Assembly: GCA_964057225.1 (NCBI GenBank)
Contig: OZ059898.1
Coordinates: forward strand, 7,006,001-7,070,000
DNA: 64,000 nucleotides
Reading direction: 5' to 3'
DNA from: Auanema rhodensis
Lineage: Eukaryota > Animalia > Nematoda
The position numbers and the translations under genes are program-made. Position 1 is the first letter of the stretch, and each line of letters starts with the position of its first letter. The notes beneath the pieces are model-generated. The model was not told the origin of the DNA and did no database searches. It saw only the letters and a list, made by a program, of their open reading frames with translations. This document shows, piece by piece, positions 56,283 to 64,000 of this stretch.

Positions 56283-57408
56283 TTATTTTTCCTTCTTTTC
56301 TTCGACAACCTGAGTTTCATCTTCTATTGTCTCTTGATGTCCGAAAATTCTTTCGGCTAGGTACCTGCAATACGAAACAGTTTAAAATATATAAGTTGAA
56401 TCTTGCTCACCATGCTATAATAGGACTGAGCCAATAAACTATCAAATGCCCCAAATGACTAACTCCGTCGCAGTTGAATGTGCAAGCCCAAGCCACAATT
56501 GGATTAGCGTACATGCCAGTATAGTTAATTCCTTAAAATTAAACTATTAAAGTTTGTTAGCTTTGGCGTATTAATTTGAATTGTTCTAACTGCGAACCTA
56601 TAGCACAAAGTAATCCACTAAATGTGCTGTTTAACATTGCACTCGTTCGAGTTCCCTCGTAAACTTCGTCAGTCCATTTTTCGAAAGCTTTAGCAAGAAA
56701 AGTTGCTATACCTTCAACTAAACATCCTGTAGTTAAAGCTACCTAAACAACATTTTGATTTTGATTTTTAAGAATATTATTACTGTTAGATCAGCCGTAC
56801 AGCTGTTTTGCTCCAATAGTTCTATATGCACTTTATGAATATTCAATTTCCAGAAGACTCGCGCTAAATAATATGAACAGAAAGCAGCAACAAACTGTGT
56901 GATGAACACATATATAACTCGTTTAATGAATTTCCATTTACGATAACATGTTGTTACCTAAACAATACTTGATCAACACTATTTCTGGAATTTGCTTACT
57001 ATAGGGCAAGGCTGAGCTATACAATCTCTGATAAACAAAGAATTCGCGTATTCCAATACCTACACTTCTGCTTTACTGTTATTAAATATGAGAATTTTAT
57101 ACCGCAATTTCAATAAAAACTCCTAAAAGACCATAGGTTTCCAAGATTGTTCCTACATCGAACATTGGAGCACATATTTGCAATGTTCCGATAAACTGCA
57201 AATAATGAGATAATATATATTTATACAAAAATATGCTGTTCTTAGTTGTATTGCAGAAAGTCAAAATTAAAATTATATCAGAAGCACCTCTAAAAGTAAC
57301 TGCTTAGAAAGGCGGTTATTAGGTCCTGGTATCAGTCGAAACACCAGAGTTCGTAGCAATTCACAAAATATAAAAACAAATATATAAAAAAATAGCGAGG
57401 CTTGCCAT
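56283..57408 (-). CDS. Unorthodox aquaporin (AQP11/12-like, nematode aqp-9/10/11 group)
   Basis: LLLE|FIGTLQIC, first NPA box as AQPC, CTADL, EGIATF, YTGMYANPIVA, TFNC, VYWLSP. The start codon is approximate. Confidence 0.88.
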
Positions 57409-57884
57409 ATACGCATTATTGTAAGCTTTCAAATATTGCTCAAAGGAAGATAGAAAGGTTGGCAGGAAGTTAAAATATCGATAGAACAAAGTATTCGCCA
57501 ATTGTCATCGACAACTCCGCCATGTGCTCCATTACAACAGGCAAACATTTTGAACTCAAACAGAAGCTTGAAGATAACCGAATCCCGGGATTTCAGAGAC
57601 GACTCTTCAGAGCAGAACCAATAATACAAATAAATTTTACAGACAACATCACGGCTTTTAGTTGTGCTTCTTCTTACTATCTTATGTATAGGTAAGAGTC
57701 GATCAAAATTATTATACATCTTTTATATTTATAACAACAAATAACAAATAACAACCTACAAGAAATCTATATACTATAACTGTCTAGGAAAATTTTTTAA
57801 AAATGTGATCAAATTCTTGTAAGTTATATTTCATTCTGAATCGTTTCTTTCAATTTTAAATAGAAATATATATAAAAAATATCT

Positions 57885-58657
57885 CTAATCAAAAAGTCCC
57901 GCTTTCTTGTCTTCATCCACTAATGTTTTATGTGTTCCATCACAGAAAGGTCTAAAAATAAAACTGGATGCGAAGATAAAGTCAATTTCTTTTTACCTAT
58001 TACTAGTTTGTTTGCAATTACATAGCCAAACTGTCATATCTTCTTGAGGAATAAATCGCACGGGTTTCAGTTTTAAATCGGGGACTCTAATTGAGTTATG
58101 AGATCCATCACAGAGAGGCTAAATTCAAAAATAACTTCAGATATGAAGCAAAAAACATACTTGATTACCGCTGTAACCACATGTACACCAGGCGTAAACT
58201 TTATCTTTTTTCATATGTACCTAGAATATAAATAATATAAATAAATAAAAATTAATTAATACATGGCTTAGGAAGTTTAAATGTCCCAATATACGGATAT
58301 ATATAATATAAAACTGAATATTAGATTGAAAAGCTCTGCTTTCATGAAAAAATAGTAAAACTATTCCTTGCCTTAACAGGAAGTTTGCTATGAATTTTTC
58401 CTTTGTTGGGTAAAAGATGATTATTTCCTTGAAGTCCATACGGCTCATTAGGCTTCTTATCTTGTAACTGAAAACAAAGGGTTAGTCTATGACAAAAATT
58501 AAAATATGTGTAAAACCATGTGGTACTTCAGTGAGTTGGGCTCAGTTCCTACAAAGTGTGTTCCCTTTCTGAATAATCTATTTGGTCCAAAACCCGTTTT
58601 TTGACTATGGCTGATAGCACTAAGCAGAACTCTAACACAAGATGTTTGCTGCACCAT
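57885..58657 (-). CDS. CISD3: CDGSH iron-sulfur domain protein 3 (MiNT), two CDGSH motifs
   Basis: YAWCTCGYSGNQ|PLCDGSH and WLCNCKQTSNR|PFCDGTH; mitochondrial-type N-terminus after TTTTCAG. Confidence 0.94.
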
Positions 58658-59619
58658 CCTGAAAACATAAACTTATATTTCATGAAGATTAAAACCGACA
58701 TATGTACAAATATCAAATAATCTAAATATAAATAAACAACCGTAGTACACAACGTAAAAGTTAATATATTCGAGTTAATAAGTATTATAAGGATATAATC
58801 AACTTTAAAGCTCTATACAAAAAATGTAAAATTTAAAAAAATTTATATTAATGATCTCAAAACATTTTATTTTTTTTTGAATATTTTATTTTTTTTAAAC
58901 AATATTTTAAACATGGTTATAGATAAAATTCTTGTATTAAAAGCCCATTTAAGTCTCTTAAGCTTGAACATTTTGTGCGCAGACTTTGAATGAATGCAAT
59001 GGCTGCACAGTAATTCAATGCCACGCCCAACTCACATTGTGTTCAGCGTGCTTCTCTTCGTCTTACATGGATTTGCTATATTTCTTTAAATTGTTTATGT
59101 TTTGCATGTATTAAGATCAATCATTAAGTACATATTCATTAATTCTATCTGCGTATTTTAAGTATAAAATTTGATAACAACTATTGATTGTTTTATTAAT
59201 TTGATCTTTTATACTAATGATATGAACAGTAACATGACTGCTTGATTTTTTTTATATTGTTCTATTTTTTTTTAATATTAAGAATTAGTTTAGTAAAATT
59301 AAATGCTCATTATCGATGTTTCTTATTCATGATCTAGCTTACAAATGTCGACGTTCACGTTTTGATATGGACACAGCATGACTCATTCAGTCATGTCAAC
59401 CTAATAGCTTCACACTTTCCAAATATAGTTTTTACTTCAATGATTTTAATAAACAAATTTATCCTTTATGCTTTACTCTTGTTATATTTATTTTTTTCTC
59501 AAAAGTAAACTTTTTATCGTCTATATCTTGTGACTTAGCTACCGTCTGAAGTGCACAGTTCGTAAACAAAAATTTTAAATTCAGAATAAAATGTGTATTT
59601 TGTAAAAAGAATTACAAAA

Positions 59620-62600
59620 ATGGTATCAGTTTCAAATCTGGGTAAGTAATTTTTTTAGTGTCTATGTATATTTTAAACAATGGATTTTAGATGTTATGTC
59701 CGTTGGTGTATCCAATGCAGTTTATGAAAACATGACAGAGTCTCAATCACTGGATGGCGTTTTAGTAGACAAGGGATTAGAAGATTCGGGTAATTTTGAG
59801 CAAGATTCACCATGCAACTCTAATGAGCAGGTTTTTGCTAAACGTTTCTTCTTCTTGTATTTTTATTTTATAGATTGATGAACATTCTTGCTCTCCGATG
59901 GCTTCGTCTTTTAATGATGATAAACATATATATACTAATATCAGAGAAATGGATGAAATAAATAATAGGTACATACCACAAATATATTCACATTTTTTAT
60001 CCTTTTTTGATTCAGACCCATGCCCCCAATTCCTACTGCAGGCTCACAGCCTAAGCGTAATTTAAACAATGGCTGGTTTGAATATGAAACTGATGTTGGA
60101 AGGTTTGTTTTTAATTTGACTAAGATATTAATATATTGCTTTAGAACATATTTTTATAATCCTGATTTAAATAAAAGCCAATGGATTCCTCCCCGTTTCA
60201 TCCGTACACCAGCGGAAGTTCAGGTCGGTACACTGAAGTACTGAAGTAATAAATGAATTCAGGCATTTCTCAAAGTTACTCGTGATGACATTAATGAAAA
60301 TTTTACTATCAATGCTGAAGCGTTATGTAAATCTGAACAAATAGAAATGTTAGTTTATATTTATATGTTAATTATTTTTGTTTGTTTAATATTAGTACGA
60401 GAGACGACCATGAATATGATGTACCGAGAAGCTTAGTCGAAGAACTTGTAGTAAGGGGAAGACATTCTAGTGGAAAAGCAGCTGAGACTGTTCCAACCTC
60501 ACCCCCTCCACCTGTTAGAAAAGATCTCGATGTAGCTTTAACGTCTTTTTCTACTACAACTGGTGCTTCTGATCCATTAGCAGCTTTAGTTCAGGTATGT
60601 GTTTATGTCTTTCAATATAATTTTATGTCGAGTAACAGGGTGGTGCATCAACTCGTTCTGTTCATTCTTCCCCTTCAATGACACGGTCACAATCTGTTAA
60701 AAACAGATACGGACAACTTAAAAATGTTCCTCTGCCACAAGTATGGATTCTTCTAATACATATGTTTCATTTTTTTTAAGGTTTTACCTACGACAAGTAA
60801 TGGTTTTTACGGTGGTGAAGGTTTTCCTATCGATAAACACCTGCAAAAATCTGTGGATCGTACGTTTTTTTTTTATTTAATCAGTTTTTTTTGTCTATTT
60901 AGTAAGTGAAGATCGACGACCATTCGTGAGCGGAGAGTCTCGTGAACCAGTTAGGACTATCAAATGCGGTAATATGGAAATGGTTAGTTTTTTAAATTCA
61001 AATCAGAAGGAAAACAAAACTTACAGCATTATAAAAGCTACAAATAAATTAGATTGTTTTGGGTTATTGATTAAATGTTTGTTTTAGTGCTAAACAAATT
61101 AATGACTCAATATTAATCCTGTCTATAACATCCTATTTTAAAATGCCAAATTTAGACTTATAATTTTTCTTAAAGAAATCATTTATTCAGACACAATGGA
61201 ATGGGGTAGAAAATGTAATAAGAGCAAAACGAAGAGAATGGCAAATCAATTTTATGTATCTAACATCTGCTCATCTTATTCTTTATAAGGATCAAAAATC
61301 CGCTGAGGTATTTATCTCTTTTATGAACTTTTGATAATTTCCTGTCTTAAAGAAGCTTGGAAATCATTATGGATCACCTATTGGTGTTTGCGACTTACGT
61401 GGAGGAACAGTTAGTTGGAATATTGAAAAGGAGCGAAAAAAAAGAAAAGTCATTCAGGTGTGATGTTTTTTCATAATTTTAATTAATATAGTATTTAGTT
61501 GGAAATGAATTATGGGCCAAAGTATCTTTTGCGTACTTCTAATGAACAAGAGACACATGAGTGGTTTGATGCTCTTCGAGAAGTGATTTCAAACTTGGTA
61601 ATTTTTAAAAACTTTTTTATCGTTATCAACATCAGCGTAGAAAATCCTGCTTTGATTTTTCTGGCTACATTTTGTCTAGAATTTGATTGTTGGATTAGTG
61701 TGGGGTTCGTTTGAGGGCCGGTCTAATCGGATCAAGTTTCGCGCGTGAAAGAGATGCTATGAATAATGTTAGTGAAGGCATTTTTTTTTCAAATTAGGAA
61801 GGGGGCCTCAAAAAATTTTTTTCAATAGTAGAAGAAATGTTTACAATATCATTCCTGAAGTACTAAATACTATAAGACCAAATAATGATCGGGAGGCCTG
61901 TTTTGTTTAAAGGTAGAGGTAGCAACAAACGTTGTCAAACAGTACAACTATGCAATCTCAATCCAAATGGTATATTTTAAAAAGGTTTTATTCGGATGTA
62001 AGTTAGCATCTAACTTTTGATTCACTTACAAAATTTATTAAAAAAAATCTATTTCAAGCCTGCTGCTGCTCCGTCCACGGGATTGCCACTTCATTCATCT
62101 GTGTTTGATCAGTCATGCTCTGTAGTAAGAAATCCGTCAGCACTATCTCATCGTCCTCATTCTACCTCATTATTATTAACGTAAATTTGGAATATGCAAA
62201 AGTAAAGCTTTATATCCCTCTTGAAGGTCCCGAACATCGAAGAAAGCCGATCCTATGGCTTATTCAACCATTGAACACAACAATGCTTATGATGAATCTT
62301 CTGTATCACGTCAAACAATTCTTGAAAGATTAAGAAGGTTTGTTTTAGAAGCTGCTTTTATTTTAAATAACAAATATACTTTAGATTTTTCCGTACTAGA
62401 CCTACTGTTGAAAGCTTGAAAGAGAAAGGAATTTATAAACGTAAATCAGAACATTATAATTGGCTATTTTATTCATTATTATACATTTTAGCTGAACCTG
62501 TGTTTGGCAGCACTTTATCGAATATTTGTCAACTAGAGCATAGTCTTGTTCCTAAATTTATTAGAACTGTTACTGAGTTAATTGAAAATAAAGGTTTAGA

Positions 62601-63412
62601 AGTTGACGGGCTTTACAGGTACTGTTCACGTTTTTTTGCTTAATATATTTATTAAAATTTACAGAGTCAGTGGTAATTTATCAGCAGTTCAGAAAATAAG
62701 ATGCCAAGTAGACCAAGGTTGATTTTCTTCTACAATTTTAGCTAATGTTATGATATTTTTTCAGATAAATATAATGCTTTGGTAAATGAAGAAGACGTTC
62801 ATGTCCTAACTGGCTCTTTAAAACTGTTTTTCCGTGAATTAGCTGAACCCGTATTCCCAATGGCCATGACAAAGGACTATCTATCAGCTATCAGTATGAA
62901 TATTTGTTGTTTTCTTATCATTATTTCATTCTTGCAGAGATTCAAAATGGAAAGCAACGTTTTAAAAAGTTTGATGATTTATTGAAAAATTTACCTCCTG
63001 AGAATCGGGAAACTTTGAAACTTTTATTACGTCATCTTCATAGGTTGTTTGAAATATTTATATGATAATTATGTAATAATTGGTATTTAAGGGTGGCTGC
63101 TCATTCAGATAAAAATCGAATGCAAACCCATAATTTAGCTATAATGTTTGGACCAACATTGTTTTACAATGGTGAAGAGAAAACGAAGAAGGAAAATAAT
63201 AAAAAAGGCAAGAAGGATAATAAAAAGGTACGTCATTTGTTTTGCAAACCTCCCGTAACTGAGGATTATTTCAGGAAGAACCCGCTCCAATACAGTCTAA
63301 CTCCCATCTTGCCTTTAATATGATCATGCAAGGCCAAATAGTTGAATATTTATTGAACGAACATAGTCGTTTTGAAGCTCTTCAAGGGCCAATACAAACA
63401 TATCCTGCTTAG
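59620..63412 (+). CDS. tag-325: WW-PH-RhoGAP protein (ARHGAP9/12/15/27 family)
   Basis: WW: GWFEYETDVG|RTYFYNPDLNKSQWIPP. PH: REWQINFMYLTSAHLILYKD. RFFRTRPTVESLKEKGIYK. GAP: VFGSTL, DGLYR|VSGN, LKLFFREL, NRMQTHNLAIMFGPTL. Stop TAG 63410-63412. Confidence 0.93.
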
Positions 63413-64000
63413 CTTTGATGCTAGAATCTTCGGTATTGCATGTAGCTCATATATTTTTTCACTTATCATGAGAAAATTTAAATTTTCTCTGACATCACAG
63501 TTGGTATTTAATGCACGTTCTTCGCGATTTGTTTCTAATTTCACTTTCTGCTAAGCCATAATAACAATAGTCAAAATGAACAGTTCATCATTTCCTCTCC
63601 TTTATTACGAATTCCTCTTTAAAATTTGTTTTTCTCCATCTCACTTATTTCCAATGCGTGTAATGATCATTTATACTTTTATGAAAATTAGTCTATATCC
63701 TTCTCTTCGCCAGATAATGTGCTTTAAGTATATATGCTGTGTCCTATTTGCCGGTTTTTTGTGCTCGCAGGTAGAGACCTTTTAGATTTTTACTCTTCAT
63801 CTCTAACTTAATTTGTTGTGTAGTTGCTGCTATCACCGCTTACTACTGGTTGAATTCTGGTTGTGGTCCCTTCTTCTTTCTTCCATTTCTATGCTCTTTA
63901 TTTATTTTTCAATCATGTAGTATACACTTTTTGGATATACTATGTATATAAGTAGGTTACATCCTATATCTATATTGTAACCCGCGTTTTCTCAGTCCTG

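Noticed and set aside
61710-61812. Short imperfect inverted repeat (TTTGAGGGCC..GGCCTCAAA) in a tag-325 intron, possible MITE relic
   Set aside because: Arms too short, with no target-site duplication or second copy in the window.

Overview
AT-rich, intron-dense eukaryotic DNA from a rhabditid (clade V-like) nematode. Introns are mostly ~40-60 nt and many start codons sit just behind TTTTCAG/TTAG trans-splice-type acceptors. I read about 23 protein-coding genes. In order: prp-19 (truncated at the window edge), HADHB thiolase, CLASP (cls-1-like), sma-2, a UDP-sugar transporter, a small 4-TM orphan, rps-14, epg-4/EI24, rpl-36, mitochondrial ACP, ppat-1, an NRAMP (smf), a second 4-TM orphan, glycerate kinase, delta-COP, orai-1, a small disordered-protein gene with three alternative first exons, POLR3E/RPC5, a Dbf4-like gene, a superaquaporin, CISD3 and a WW-PH-RhoGAP. 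There is also one tRNA-Asp, an intronic H/ACA snoRNA with its own Pol III-type A/B boxes, a deleted mariner element and a (CT)n tract. The most notable observations are: (1) very frequent AAG 3' splice sites plus GC donors, suggesting relaxed splice-site recognition; (2) an apparently complete Dbf4/ASK with motifs N, M and C and a CHR-like palindrome in its promoter; (3) the three-promoter RVxF small-protein gene; (4) the Pol III-driven snoRNA; (5) a 15-nt microexon in delta-COP; (6) an E2F-rich internal CLASP promoter; (7) a GATA+HRE module upstream of the NRAMP gene. All gene models were spliced by eye, and orthology calls come from remembered family motifs, not from searches.
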